Source: Alphaproteobacteria bacterium (GTDB lineage: Bacteria > Pseudomonadota > Alphaproteobacteria > MPNO01 > UBA2964). From it: a DNA stretch of 64,000 nucleotides. Positions 1 through 9,985 of this stretch are shown here, piece by piece. Both the position numbers and the translations under genes were made by a program. The notes beneath the pieces were generated by a model. That model was not told the DNA's origin. It ran no database searches and worked only from the letters and a program-made list of their open reading frames with translations. The stretch covers positions 11,869-75,868 of the forward strand of contig WLWZ01000011.1 in the NCBI GenBank assembly GCA_012103315.1, given 5' to 3'. Each line of letters begins with the position of its first letter. The first letter of the stretch is position 1.

Positions 1-8
1 TCATTTGG

Positions 9-1262
9 TTATTCTCCTATCAACATGTCGATATCCACCGCTGCTGCCATCGCCTGATAGCCAACACGATTAGGATGGAGCTTGTCGCCCGGTCCACCAA
101 TACAGCTGTTCGGCACCATTTCGAGTCTCAATTCGCCGGTCGCGTCGTCATAGGTTGCAGCGTCGAAATCGATAATGCCATCGTAGATATCGGTTGTTCG
201 CACGAACTCGTTGAACGTACGGCGTCGGCTATCGACGGATTCCTTGCCATGGCCGCCGGTGGTCGCGTTTAACGCTGTGGTCAGGGTGGCGCCGATGATG
301 CGTACGCCGGGGATGGCTTTTCGCATTTGCGCCACACCTTGCTGCACCCCTTTGATAACCTCTTCCGCTGATACGTCAGTGAAACCAAAATCATTGATGC
401 CCTCGAGCCAGATAACAGTACTAACACCCGCCATGCTAACGACATCACGTTCCAACCGTTTGAGCGCTGATATGCCACCCAGACTGTCTGCCGGTGGCGT
501 ATCATCCGGTGGGCCGAGCACCTGATTGCCACCGATTCCTTGGTTTACCAGCGAAACAGAATTGCCGAACTTGGCATGCAGCCGTCGCGCGACGACGTCC
601 GGCCATCGGTCGAAGCCGTTAATGGTTGAACCCGACCCATCTGAAATGGAGTCACCAAACGCGACGATGACTTTGGTTGGCGCGACCATGTTCATATCGA
701 GGGCATCGAAAAAGAACCACGACGTGGTCGAGTAGGGGAAGGCGGTTTCCTCTTCGGAGGCACAAACATCCTCTGCACCGGGTTCTGACAGGTAGGAGGT
801 TTGCGACGCCTTGGCGTGATAGGTCATTGGCCCGCTGTCACCGGCAACGCGGAAACTCACAGCGAGGGCTTTACCTGTAAGGAGCGGGTCGTTGGGGTCA
901 GTAATAAAATCGAGATCAACGGCATCACTTGTAGCCGAGGCTCCGGCTTCAATCGTGACATTGTCAGCGCCGTCAAACGTGATTTGTCGGTTGGTGCCGG
1001 TTAGGATTGCGCTGCTCATTGCCTGCATGCCGATGTGAATATTGTCAAACGTAACCGGTTTCGAGCCATGGGCGTTGGAGAGACGGATACGCGCCTGCGA
1101 GCCCCAGACATCGGGCCGTACAATCATGCGGAATGATTGATCACGTGCGCCAAATCCTGGCTCTGGAAATATCGTGGATAGATCAGGCTGTGCGGTTTCC
1201 CGACCATGCGGAAACGGACCTTGCGCCGAAGCGCTCCACGCGGCGGTCCAATGATCGGTCAT
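9..1262 (-). CDS. SGNH/GDSL hydrolase family protein
   Basis: Block I FGDSISDG, block II NQGIGGN, block III LEGINDF and block V DKLHPN; no obvious signal peptide. Confidence 0.85.
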   Translation of the reverse strand: MTDHWTAAWSASAQGPFPHGRETAQPDLSTIFPEPGFGARDQSFRMIVRPDVWGSQARIRLSNAHGSKPVTFDNIHIGMQAMSSAILTGTNRQITFDGADNVTIEAGASATSDAVDLDFITDPNDPLLTGKALAVSFRVAGDSGPMTYHAKASQTSYLSEPGAEDVCASEEETAFPYSTTSWFFFDALDMNMVAPTKVIVAFGDSISDGSGSTINGFDRWPDVVARRLHAKFGNSVSLVNQGIGGNQVLGPPDDTPPADSLGGISALKRLERDVVSMAGVSTVIWLEGINDFGFTDVSAEEVIKGVQQGVAQMRKAIPGVRIIGATLTTALNATTGGHGKESVDSRRRTFNEFVRTTDIYDGIIDFDAATYDDATGELRLEMVPNSCIGGPGDKLHPNRVGYQAMAAAVDIDMLIGE

Positions 1263-1277
1263 CAAGAGCTCCCAAAT

Positions 1278-2519
1278 TCAATACGCCGTTACGTGCATCT
1301 GCCCACGGCTATCGACCATCGCTCGTTCGGATGTTACGGGCTTTCCGTCCACTCTGTCGCGTAACCAATCATAGACCAGACTATCGCGGGCTTCACCGAG
1401 TTCGCCGGAGGATGCGGTCGCCATGCTGTGATTGGCGTCCTGATAGACGACCAGTCGTTTGGGCGCTTTGATCAGATCAAACAGCTCATAGGTATGTTGG
1501 ATGGGCGAAAGTTGATCCACCTCTCCCGCGACAATCATATAAGGCGCGGTGATATCTTTGGCGATTTTGCGCAGATCAAACTCCTGCCGGAATTCATCAA
1601 ACGCGTCTTCATCTTCATATCCGGCCATAAACATGAAACGGACTTTGAAGGTTGGAGAGGCCTTATTGAAAATTGTGTCGCATGTTGGCTCCTGGCATAC
1701 ACCCGTGCCGCAATAGCCCTTGATTTTGTCTTTCAATCCGGCGGCGGCAACTGTGCCGTAATAGGTTCCAAAGCTGGAGCCGCGAATGACGATGCGGTCG
1801 GAATCGATCTCTGGCCGGTCAGCGAGCCATTGGACTGCCGTTTCGGCGGCTGCGGCGAAATTATCTGAGGATATGGTGACGCCACGATTGCGGGTTTCAC
1901 CCTGGCCAGGACCATCGAGCGCCAGTACGGCCATGCCGCGCGTCAGAGCTGAATCGCCATGTAACGCGACCATGTTCTCCTTACTGCCATCCATACCGCC
2001 GATATGCAGAACACAGGGAAACGGTGCGTCCTCGACGGGTGCGGAAGGTAAATGCAGGAAGGCTGACATGGCGGTGTCCTGAAACGGGATATCAACCCGT
2101 TCAACAGGGTGCGGTGCATGCTCGATAAACTTGTCATAGCAGTCGATCATCCGGCGTTCCCATTCGAGATCTTCATCATTGATATCGAAATAGGGCCATT
2201 GCGCGGAGGCGTAGAGCAGGGAGGCGATGAAATAGTTTTCACCGGCGGAAACCATTCTCCCTTGCTCTTCAAAACCTTTGGCGATGCCTTCCATGCGTTG
2301 GCCTTCGCGCCCTAGCTCCGGCCCGATATCGTCAAATTTCTTCATCTTGGCACCGGCGCGGCGGAAAGAGGAGAGCCCCGCGCTTCCACCTTTGCCGCCT
2401 TTGCTGCCGAGGCGTCCTTGATCCCATTCCGGGCCGACGGTTTTGATAACGGAGTCTAGTAACCAGCGTTGCTCACGCCAGCGTTTGGTCCGGTTTTCCA
2501 TGCGCAGTGTTTTTTCCAT
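1278..2519 (-). CDS. Alpha/beta hydrolase (2,6-dihydroxypseudooxynicotine hydrolase / FrsA-like)
   Basis: GGMDGSKE, DGPGQGE, nucleophile elbow GSSFG, C-terminal D and H (GEVDQ, DANH); start moved to ATG 2519 behind a GGGAG RBS. Confidence 0.75.
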   Translation of the reverse strand: MEKTLRMENRTKRWREQRWLLDSVIKTVGPEWDQGRLGSKGGKGGSAGLSSFRRAGAKMKKFDDIGPELGREGQRMEGIAKGFEEQGRMVSAGENYFIASLLYASAQWPYFDINDEDLEWERRMIDCYDKFIEHAPHPVERVDIPFQDTAMSAFLHLPSAPVEDAPFPCVLHIGGMDGSKENMVALHGDSALTRGMAVLALDGPGQGETRNRGVTISSDNFAAAAETAVQWLADRPEIDSDRIVIRGSSFGTYYGTVAAAGLKDKIKGYCGTGVCQEPTCDTIFNKASPTFKVRFMFMAGYEDEDAFDEFRQEFDLRKIAKDITAPYMIVAGEVDQLSPIQHTYELFDLIKAPKRLVVYQDANHSMATASSGELGEARDSLVYDWLRDRVDGKPVTSERAMVDSRGQMHVTAY

Positions 2520-2658
2520 CGAGTTTCTCCCTGATTGGCGTTTTATTAGTGAGCGTGGCACTGAATTGGGTTGTGGTCAACATCCCGACGATCAGCATTT
2601 CCAATTTGCGGAGTTTCCAGAGAGAATGGCATCCCAGATAACACGGGAGAGAAATTCG

Positions 2659-4005
2659 GTGGCACAAAACAGCCCAGTTAAGAAATCATATCGCGCGGCG
2701 CAGGCTTCATTCAGAAATGGATCGTCTAGCCCTAGCGCTTTCCTGGAGGAATGCTTGGCATCCATTGATGCACAGGAGGGCGATATCGGCGCGTTTGTGG
2801 CGACCGATCTCAAAGGTGCCAAGGCCGCCGCCGGTGAGTCAGATAAACGCTGGCAAGCAGGCGCACCGTTGTCGCTGATTGATGGCATGCCGCTTTGTAT
2901 CAAGGACATCATGGAAACCGCATCGATGCCAACGGAGCAAGGCTCAGACCTATTCGTCGGTTGGCGGGGCAACCGTGACAGTGCTGCCGTTGCAGCGCTT
3001 CGTGAAGCGGGTGCCGTTATCGTTGCCAAGGCAGTGACTACTGAGTTTGCGGCGCAGCCGGCACGAGGAACGCGTAATCCTTGGGATTTGTCGCGAACAC
3101 CGGGTGGTTCGAGCAGTGGTACAGTTGCATCTATTGCTGCTGGAATGCTTCCGGGTGGTCTCGGAACACAAGGGTTGGGGTCAACAATTCGGCCCGCAAG
3201 TTTTTGTGGTGTGTTTGCCTTTAAGCCGAGTTTTGGTGGCATTAATCGTGGCGGTAGCTTTGATACGATTAGCCAAAGCAGTACCAGTACATTCGCGGCG
3301 ACTTTGGAAGAAACCTGGGAGATAGCGCGCGCCATTACGGCCCGTGTTGGTGGCGATCCGGGCTTTATGGGCGTATCGGGACCGCTGGAAGCACCGGAGG
3401 CCGAAATGCCCAAGCGGGTCGCCTTGCTGATGACTGAGGGCTGGGACCGCACGGTTGATGATGCCAAGCAGGCGCTGATAGATGCCCGGAGAAAACTCGA
3501 AGTTGCCGGTGTTGAGGTCGTGGACAAGACTAATGATGACAGCGCTGCGGCCTTGGAGAAATCTCTGGAGGGTTTACTGGAGCTCTCAGGTGGTTTGAAT
3601 AACTGGGATTTCCGTTGGCCGATGAACACCTATGCCTACGATATGGACATTAACAAGATGAGCCCCGAAGCACAGGAACGGTTGGTCGCTGCGGAGGCGA
3701 TGACCCATGAGGATTATCAGGCGTTGGTTTTGAAACGAAAAGGGCTCCGTTCCTCCTACGATGCCCTGCAAAATGAGTTCGGTGTCTGTGTGACCTTGTC
3801 AGCACCCGGGCCGGCACCCGAAGGACTGAAATGGACGGGCGATGCGGTTTATGCCGTGCCGTCGTCTGTATTGGGTAACCCATCCTACTCTCTGCCAGTG
3901 TTGGAGGCCGAAGGTATGCCGCTGGGTCTACAGGTCATGGGCTATGCCGATCAGGATGCGAAGGCTTTTTCTGCGGCGCGTGCGATTTTGGGTCTCTATA
4001 ACTGA
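2659..4005 (+). CDS. Amidase signature family protein
   Basis: IKDIM Lys, TPGGSSSG and GTQGLGSTIRPASFCG; likely GTG start at 2659 after GGGAGAG. Confidence 0.85.
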   Translation: MAQNSPVKKSYRAAQASFRNGSSSPSAFLEECLASIDAQEGDIGAFVATDLKGAKAAAGESDKRWQAGAPLSLIDGMPLCIKDIMETASMPTEQGSDLFVGWRGNRDSAAVAALREAGAVIVAKAVTTEFAAQPARGTRNPWDLSRTPGGSSSGTVASIAAGMLPGGLGTQGLGSTIRPASFCGVFAFKPSFGGINRGGSFDTISQSSTSTFAATLEETWEIARAITARVGGDPGFMGVSGPLEAPEAEMPKRVALLMTEGWDRTVDDAKQALIDARRKLEVAGVEVVDKTNDDSAAALEKSLEGLLELSGGLNNWDFRWPMNTYAYDMDINKMSPEAQERLVAAEAMTHEDYQALVLKRKGLRSSYDALQNEFGVCVTLSAPGPAPEGLKWTGDAVYAVPSSVLGNPSYSLPVLEAEGMPLGLQVMGYADQDAKAFSAARAILGLYN

Positions 4006-4071
4006 TCGTTGGCTATGTGATGACGACGTTCTGCAATACGCTTTCAGTTGTGGTTACGAATGTAATTAGAC

Positions 4072-4806
4072 ATGGGGTGCATTTTGAATTCGACTGATGA
4101 AGATGTTCGAGGCGCGGCCATTGAGTTAGCCAAACAGCTTTGCACCTCTTGCGCCGGAAGGCTTGGGCCAGAATTTATCGGATTCTATCTACTTGGCAGT
4201 CTGGCGCATGGCGGGTTTAACCGACGCTATAGCGATATCGATATAGCTCTGATATCTGAGAACGGAATTGATGGCGTTTTTCTGGAGGCGTTAAAGGCAG
4301 AAGCTGAAGCCATCGCGCCTGAATTGGCGTCCAAAGTTTCTCTATTCTGGTCGGATAGGGATTTTTCAGTTGGCCGCTTTCCGCCACTCGATCGGTTGGA
4401 TTACATCGAGCACGCGGTTGCGCTGAGGGAAGAGGAAAAGGTTCTTCCGCCGAAGCCTGATCTGGAAGAAATCAGAGACTATCTTCGCGGGGCACCTTTT
4501 GAGCAGTGGGCAGAACGCGGAACAAAGTTCTCAATCCAATCGACGCTCGATCCAAATGACCGAAAATCATTTCTGAAAACGCATCTTTATCCTGCACGCT
4601 TCGCCTATAGCTGGATAACAGGACAGATAGGCTCGAATGATACAGCTATCGCGTATCTCCACGACCATCCTGTCGGAGGACTCGATTTGGCGCTGCTGGA
4701 TCGTGCGTTGGCCTGCCGTCATGAAGCTGCCGATCCGGATATTCTATTTGATGATCGAGCTTCGTTGCCGGCGCAGTATCAAGCGTGTGCCAAATTGATG
4801 GGATAG
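4072..4806 (+). CDS. Nucleotidyltransferase domain protein (pol beta superfamily, AadA/MNT-like)
   Basis: LLGSLAHGGFNRRYSDIDIA matches the hGS-x(n)-DxD motif, followed by a helical C-terminal region. Confidence 0.65.
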   Translation: MGCILNSTDEDVRGAAIELAKQLCTSCAGRLGPEFIGFYLLGSLAHGGFNRRYSDIDIALISENGIDGVFLEALKAEAEAIAPELASKVSLFWSDRDFSVGRFPPLDRLDYIEHAVALREEEKVLPPKPDLEEIRDYLRGAPFEQWAERGTKFSIQSTLDPNDRKSFLKTHLYPARFAYSWITGQIGSNDTAIAYLHDHPVGGLDLALLDRALACRHEAADPDILFDDRASLPAQYQACAKLMG

Positions 4807-4838
4807 AAAAAAGGCCGATGTTTGAGCACCGGCCTTTT
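4807..4838. terminator. Bidirectional intrinsic terminator between convergent genes
   Basis: AAAAAAGGCCGATG-tttgag-CACCGGCCTTTT hairpin with A and T tracts on both sides. Confidence 0.7.
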
Positions 4839-4858
4839 CATTGTGTATTTAACGGCGT

Positions 4859-5917
4859 CTATTTTTTCTTCTTGCCGCCTCTTTTGCGTTTGCCGGTCAG
4901 GCCGAGAAGTTTGCGGGCCTTTTTGATTTTTTCCGGTGACATTTTCATCATGGCGTTCACAAATTTCTGAATCTTCGGTCCCGGAATAGGCGTAATGTGA
5001 AAAGAACGACTCTTTGCCTTGGAAAGGAACTCCTTGTCATGGAGTGTCGCCCAATAGGCTTTGCCGAGCGCGGCGGCACGGTCCTTTGGCACACGCGGTG
5101 CGGCGGCAAAGGCCCGGTCAGACACGCCAGTTTGAATGAACTCAAAGATTTCGCGCTGGTCGGCATTTTGTGCCAAATCTGACAGCAAAGGGACGTTCGG
5201 CAGGTCAGGATGTTTTGACGATCCCATCTGGACCAAAACAGAGATCTTACCGTCGCGAATCCAGTCCGCTTTGCGGAGTGTCCATCCGAGCCAGCCACCT
5301 GCCCAGCCATGGAGTTCGCCGGTTTCAATGGCTTTACGGATTGGTGAGCCACCACGATAGCCGGTAACGATTTTGAATTTCGTTCCGAGCGCATTATTGA
5401 GCAGGCTTGGCAACATATAGGTGTTGTTCGACCGACCGATGGCGCCGACGATGGCTTGTTTCTTCTTGGCCTGTGCGATGCTGTGGACTCCGGCATCTTT
5501 GCGGAGCACCATTGTATTGGTCGCTTCACCCCAGCCACCGAGCCATTGGAATTTAGAAGGATCGTATTTAGCTTTGGTCAGCTTTAAGACCATCCGTTTG
5601 TCGATCCCAGCGTTCGGCGCGATGGCGACTGAGCCATCTTGTGGCGCGACGTTATAGACATAGTTGACGGCCTTGGTACCGCCAGCACCCCGAAGATGCT
5701 TAACGATAATGGTTGGTTTGCCGATCATATGTTTTGCCATATGCCGCGACAAAAGCTGCGCCATGGTTCCGTAAATACCGCCCGGCGATACACCGACATA
5801 GATTGTGAGTGTTTTGCCGTCATAGAATTCAGCGGGGCTTTTTGCTATTGCCGCGTTGGAAATTCCTAAAACAGCCGCCGCGGAAACTGCCGTGAGCAAA
5901 ATGCGAGTAGCTTTCAT
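4859..5917 (-). CDS. tctC: Bug/TctC-family tripartite tricarboxylate transporter substrate-binding protein
   Basis: Signal peptide, GVSPGG, GAGGTKAVNY..APQDG, GYRGG..IRKAIETGE; basic tail KRKRGGKKKK. Confidence 0.85.
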   Translation of the reverse strand: MKATRILLTAVSAAAVLGISNAAIAKSPAEFYDGKTLTIYVGVSPGGIYGTMAQLLSRHMAKHMIGKPTIIVKHLRGAGGTKAVNYVYNVAPQDGSVAIAPNAGIDKRMVLKLTKAKYDPSKFQWLGGWGEATNTMVLRKDAGVHSIAQAKKKQAIVGAIGRSNNTYMLPSLLNNALGTKFKIVTGYRGGSPIRKAIETGELHGWAGGWLGWTLRKADWIRDGKISVLVQMGSSKHPDLPNVPLLSDLAQNADQREIFEFIQTGVSDRAFAAAPRVPKDRAAALGKAYWATLHDKEFLSKAKSRSFHITPIPGPKIQKFVNAMMKMSPEKIKKARKLLGLTGKRKRGGKKKK

Positions 5918-6016
5918 AAATTCCTCCTGTTACACCGTTCGATTGAAATCTGGCAAAAATTTATACATTCTGCCTGACCGGTGGCTAAAGGCTAGACGAA
6001 GAAAGAGAATAAATAA

Positions 6017-7066
6017 ATGCGTCCTTATAAATTCGGTCTGACTGAACACGACCCTTCCCGGGCATATCCCGGTTTTACGATGTTTTCACCGTCAGACGGC
6101 AGTGAGACTTTTTTGCTCGATATGGCGGGCGACGTCGTCCACAAGTGGGATTTACCTCAACAGCTGGGAAATTATGCGCAGCTTCTGCCGACCGGTAATT
6201 TACTGGTAAGTTGTCAGACCGAGGTAGGGCCGAAATTGATGGCGGCGGGCGGCCGTCTCCTTGAGATGGATTGGGATGGAAATATTGTTTGGGAACATAT
6301 TGATCATCTTCAACATCACGATTTTAACCGTTGTCCCAATGGCAATACGGCCTATCTCGCCTGGGAACTTGTCCCGACTGAGGATGCGAAAGCAATTATT
6401 GGCGGGATTGCCGGCTCCGACCATGAAGATGGCGGTATCTATTGCGATGTCGTCCGCGAGGTAAACCCAGCCGGTGAACTCGTTTTTGAATGGCGGATGA
6501 TGGATCATTTTCCTTTCGAGAAATATCCAATTCGTCCTAATCGGCATCGGCATGAATACGCCCATGCCAATACCTGTTTCGTTCAGGAGGATGGAAACTT
6601 TCTGCTGAACTGGCGTGACCTTGATCTCATCGTACTTCTGAATCGAGAGACCAAAGAACTGGTTTGGGAAATGGAAGACCGTAGATGGGGTGGGCAACAT
6701 GATCCCCGACGGCTCGACAATGGTAATATCACGATCTTTGCCAATGGCAGCGAGCAGGTCGGGCCCGAGTTTTCCCGTATCCTCGAGCTAAACCCTGAAA
6801 CAGGGGAGACCGTTTGGGAATATAAGGGCTCACCAGTTGATACTTTCTTCTGGCCACGTGTCAGCGGCGCACAGCGTCTTCCAAACGGCAATACATTTAT
6901 CTGCGAAGGCCGACAGGGACGCTTGTTTGAAGTCACGCAAGAAGGTGACATCGTCTGGGAATATATTTCGCCGCATGAACATGTCCGGACCGAAGGCGTT
7001 ATTCGTCAGATATTTCGGGCTTTCCGCTACGGCGTGGACTCGCCAGAAATTGCTGGCAGGGTTTAA
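6017..7066 (+). CDS. Aryl-sulfate sulfotransferase (ASST)-like beta-propeller protein
   Basis: QHHDF, YAHANT, GQHDPRRLDNGNITIFANG, SGAQRLPNGNTFICEG; repeated GxIVWEY blades; no signal peptide. Confidence 0.75.
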   Translation: MRPYKFGLTEHDPSRAYPGFTMFSPSDGSETFLLDMAGDVVHKWDLPQQLGNYAQLLPTGNLLVSCQTEVGPKLMAAGGRLLEMDWDGNIVWEHIDHLQHHDFNRCPNGNTAYLAWELVPTEDAKAIIGGIAGSDHEDGGIYCDVVREVNPAGELVFEWRMMDHFPFEKYPIRPNRHRHEYAHANTCFVQEDGNFLLNWRDLDLIVLLNRETKELVWEMEDRRWGGQHDPRRLDNGNITIFANGSEQVGPEFSRILELNPETGETVWEYKGSPVDTFFWPRVSGAQRLPNGNTFICEGRQGRLFEVTQEGDIVWEYISPHEHVRTEGVIRQIFRAFRYGVDSPEIAGRV

Positions 7067-7090
7067 CGATAAGGTGTTGAGGAGGGTTTT

Positions 7091-7825
7091 ATGCTGACTT
7101 TGTATCACGGGGTGACATCGACCTGTTCCAAACGCGTGCGAATGACGCTCGCTGAAAAAAATATTGAGTGGGAGAGTGTACATCTCGATCTCTCGAAACG
7201 GGATAACCTCAATCCTGAATATTTAAAAATAAACCCCAATGGGGTGGTGCCCACAATCGTGCATGACGGCAAGGCTCTCTATGAGTCCAATTTCATTATT
7301 GAATATCTTGATGATGTTTTTCCGGAGCCTGCATTGCGACCGGTTGATCCTTACGAGCGAGCGCGGATGCGGATTTTGATGGATCGTATAGAGCATGTTC
7401 TGCATCGCAATATCAATACGGTCTCGTGGATAAGACAGGAGCGATACAAACGGTTCGATGGCATGACACCCGACCAGCTACAACAGGTGCTGGATGACCA
7501 GGCGACCGAAGAAAAACGCGCCATTCTCAAGAAACGTCTCGAAGATGGCGTGTCAGAAAATGATATGGCATTTGCCGAAGCCCGTGTTGCCGAAGTGCTG
7601 GATGAACTGGATGTTGTCCTCCAGGACCGTCCCTGGCTCTGCGGTGACAGCGTTTCGCTGGCCGATATCAGTATCGCGCCGTTTATGGAACGGTTTGAGG
7701 CCAATAAAATGCCGGCTTTAACGGATTGGGTTAAACGCCCCCGGCTCGGTGATTGGTGGGAGCGGACGAAAGAGTTGGAGTCTTTCCAGAAAGCTTTCTC
7801 GTTTCGGCCGCCCGAAGCGGCTTAG
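7091..7825 (+). CDS. Glutathione S-transferase family protein
   Basis: STCSKRVR, INPNGVVP, ESNFIIEYLD and SLADI motifs. Confidence 0.9.
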   Translation: MLTLYHGVTSTCSKRVRMTLAEKNIEWESVHLDLSKRDNLNPEYLKINPNGVVPTIVHDGKALYESNFIIEYLDDVFPEPALRPVDPYERARMRILMDRIEHVLHRNINTVSWIRQERYKRFDGMTPDQLQQVLDDQATEEKRAILKKRLEDGVSENDMAFAEARVAEVLDELDVVLQDRPWLCGDSVSLADISIAPFMERFEANKMPALTDWVKRPRLGDWWERTKELESFQKAFSFRPPEAA

Positions 7826-7829
7826 CTCG

Positions 7830-8996
7830 CTAACCCCAAAGTTCCTTACTGGCGATTTCCGCGCCTTCAACTAGCGCGTCGAACTTGGCCCACATCACCG
7901 ATGGATGCACCCGGCGATAGAATGGTCCTTGTGCGAAACCACAGTCTGTCCCTGCGATGACTCGTTCTTTACCGATTAAGTTCGCGATCCGGACAATACG
8001 CTCGGCAACCAGTTCAGGATGCTCGACGACATTGGTGGTGTGGCTGATGACGCCATGGATGAGAACTTTGTCATTCGGCAATCCGGCATCGCCCCAGACT
8101 TTCCATTCATGCTCATGGCGGGCATTGGCACCTTCGATGACGTAGGCTCCGGCATTCACCTTGAGGATCAAGTCCACGATGTCTTTCAATGCGACGTCAG
8201 TGGTGTGTGGGCCAGGCCAGCTACCCCAGCAAACGTGATAGCGGATTTTTTCAGCCGGAATGCCTTCAAGGGCAAAGTTCAGAACTTCGACATGCTTGGC
8301 AACCCAATCGCGATATTCCTCGAAAGTGCCGGGCGGTACCATACGGTCGTAGGTAACGGTGGCGCGGGCATCATCGAGCTGCAGGAGCAACCCAGAATCC
8401 ACGATGGCGTTGTATTCGACCTTCATGGCGTTGCCGATGGCTTCCAGGCAGTCATCTTCGGTGGCGTAATACTCGTTGATCCGGTCGGGAATAACGCTTG
8501 ATGGTGCTGCGACGGGCAGGAAGCCTTCCCTCACACCGGCCTGATCAAGCGCGGCCTTCATATTTGCGACATCGCGTTCAACTTCTGGCAGGCCGGTATA
8601 TTTAATCGGTCCGGTGCAAACCGCCTGATTAACCGTCGCGTATTTTTGTTTGCCATCTAGCTCTTCATAGAACTCCGCAAAGCGTTCGCGGTCAGCACCC
8701 TGAGCGAAGGTGTCATTGTCGGCTGGCATCTCACGTTTCTCAAAGCCGCTGAGCCGTTCGAGGGCATATTGCGACCAGCTGATTGATTTGCCGAACTCGC
8801 CGTCACTGGGAATGTCGATGCCAGCTGCTTTTTGTTCGGCAACAATTGTTGCGACGCTGCTCTTCAGACAATCAGCATAGGCGGCTTCATCGTATGGCTG
8901 ACCGGCCTGCAACGGCTTAATGTAGGTGAGCAATTCCTCAGGTCGGATAAGGCTGCCGACATGGGTTGTAAGGATTTTGTTTGTACTGCGCTGCAT
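7830..8996 (-). CDS. Cobalamin-independent methionine synthase II family (single-barrel MetE / epoxyalkane:CoM transferase-like)
   Basis: TTHVGSL.RP, DGEFGK; Zn ligands in HVCWG, IEGAN and TDCGF. Confidence 0.85.
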   Translation of the reverse strand: MQRSTNKILTTHVGSLIRPEELLTYIKPLQAGQPYDEAAYADCLKSSVATIVAEQKAAGIDIPSDGEFGKSISWSQYALERLSGFEKREMPADNDTFAQGADRERFAEFYEELDGKQKYATVNQAVCTGPIKYTGLPEVERDVANMKAALDQAGVREGFLPVAAPSSVIPDRINEYYATEDDCLEAIGNAMKVEYNAIVDSGLLLQLDDARATVTYDRMVPPGTFEEYRDWVAKHVEVLNFALEGIPAEKIRYHVCWGSWPGPHTTDVALKDIVDLILKVNAGAYVIEGANARHEHEWKVWGDAGLPNDKVLIHGVISHTTNVVEHPELVAERIVRIANLIGKERVIAGTDCGFAQGPFYRRVHPSVMWAKFDALVEGAEIASKELWG

Positions 8997-9070
8997 GCGG
9001 AAAACTTTCTAAGAATAGGAAGCGTGCACAGTAGGGACTTAGGTTGTTTGTGTCACCGGGACGGTGCAAA

Positions 9071-9985
9071 TCATTTCGGTATAATACGTTGTGGCTTTTC
9101 ACCGCGATCCCACTGCCACAGCGAGCCGTCCGTTTTGAGAGCTATGGTGGTGTTCGATGATGCAGCGACAGCCGTGACGCTGTCGAGGATGGGCTTTGGA
9201 TCGGTGCCATATTCGCTACCCCAGGCGACTAGTGTGTTGTCTTTGAGGATGGCGACGGTGTGAGACGAGCCTGTGGCAATGGCCTTGGCATTGCCGACGA
9301 TTTTGCTCCAGCGCACGGCCTTGTCGCCGAGGCCATGTTTGCCCACCGGGCCATAGATATTGCCGCCGGTGCCAAGCACATCGCCATTGCTATTGAGCAA
9401 GATGGCGTGGCCGGTATGGGCAGTGATATAGGAAACGTCGGTAGCCGTGCGAACGAATGTCTTGGTGCGCTCTAGCCGTCCATCGCCATATTGGCCGCGA
9501 TGAGCTTTGCCTTTGACATATAGATCACCGGATGTCGTGACGTAATAATTAGCGCCATCACCGACAGCTACAGTTCTGATATCATTGGCGATCTTTTGGC
9601 CATTGCGGGTACCGGTTTCAATCCACCAAAGCGTATTGGTCTTATCGATTGCCATGACGCCACTATCGCCCGCGGAGAAACGAACTACTCCATTCTTTAG
9701 GAGACGCGGTTTACTAAAATCGTCGTTGTCGAACCGGAGCAGGGCGCCATTCGGCGTCAGGATATAGTTACTGTCGTCGCCGACACCGACTTGAATAGCC
9801 TTGTGGGGGATTGTCTTTGGAGTGTTATCACCCCGCCAGCCATAGGTGGTGCCATTGATAATCGCCATCTGCCGGTCGTAATAGGCCGCCAAAAGCGGGG
9901 ATGAGCTGTCTGCTCGCGCCGATGAAGCAATCAGGCAGATGATAACGTACGATATGAATGTCGATGCGCATGCTTTGCGGGTCAT
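9071..9985 (-). CDS. Secreted RCC1/BLIP-II-like beta-propeller protein
   Basis: Signal peptide ending ARA; repeats such as AIATGSSHTVAILKDNTLVAWG and GKAHRGQYGDG; ATGA overlap with the oxyR stop. Confidence 0.75.
   Translation of the reverse strand: MTRKACASTFISYVIICLIASSARADSSSPLLAAYYDRQMAIINGTTYGWRGDNTPKTIPHKAIQVGVGDDSNYILTPNGALLRFDNDDFSKPRLLKNGVVRFSAGDSGVMAIDKTNTLWWIETGTRNGQKIANDIRTVAVGDGANYYVTTSGDLYVKGKAHRGQYGDGRLERTKTFVRTATDVSYITAHTGHAILLNSNGDVLGTGGNIYGPVGKHGLGDKAVRWSKIVGNAKAIATGSSHTVAILKDNTLVAWGSEYGTDPKPILDSVTAVAASSNTTIALKTDGSLWQWDRGEKPQRIIPK

Noticed and set aside
2556..2572. TGGCAC sigma-54-like element
   Set aside because: No GC at the -12 position
2443..2658. N-terminal extension of the amidase ORF overlapping the hydrolase gene
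   Set aside because: Better RBS-supported starts at 2659 (+) and 2519 (-) remove the overlap
2592..3629. 345-aa minus-strand ORF
   Set aside because: Antisense shadow of the amidase; Ser/Ala/Pro-rich with no motifs
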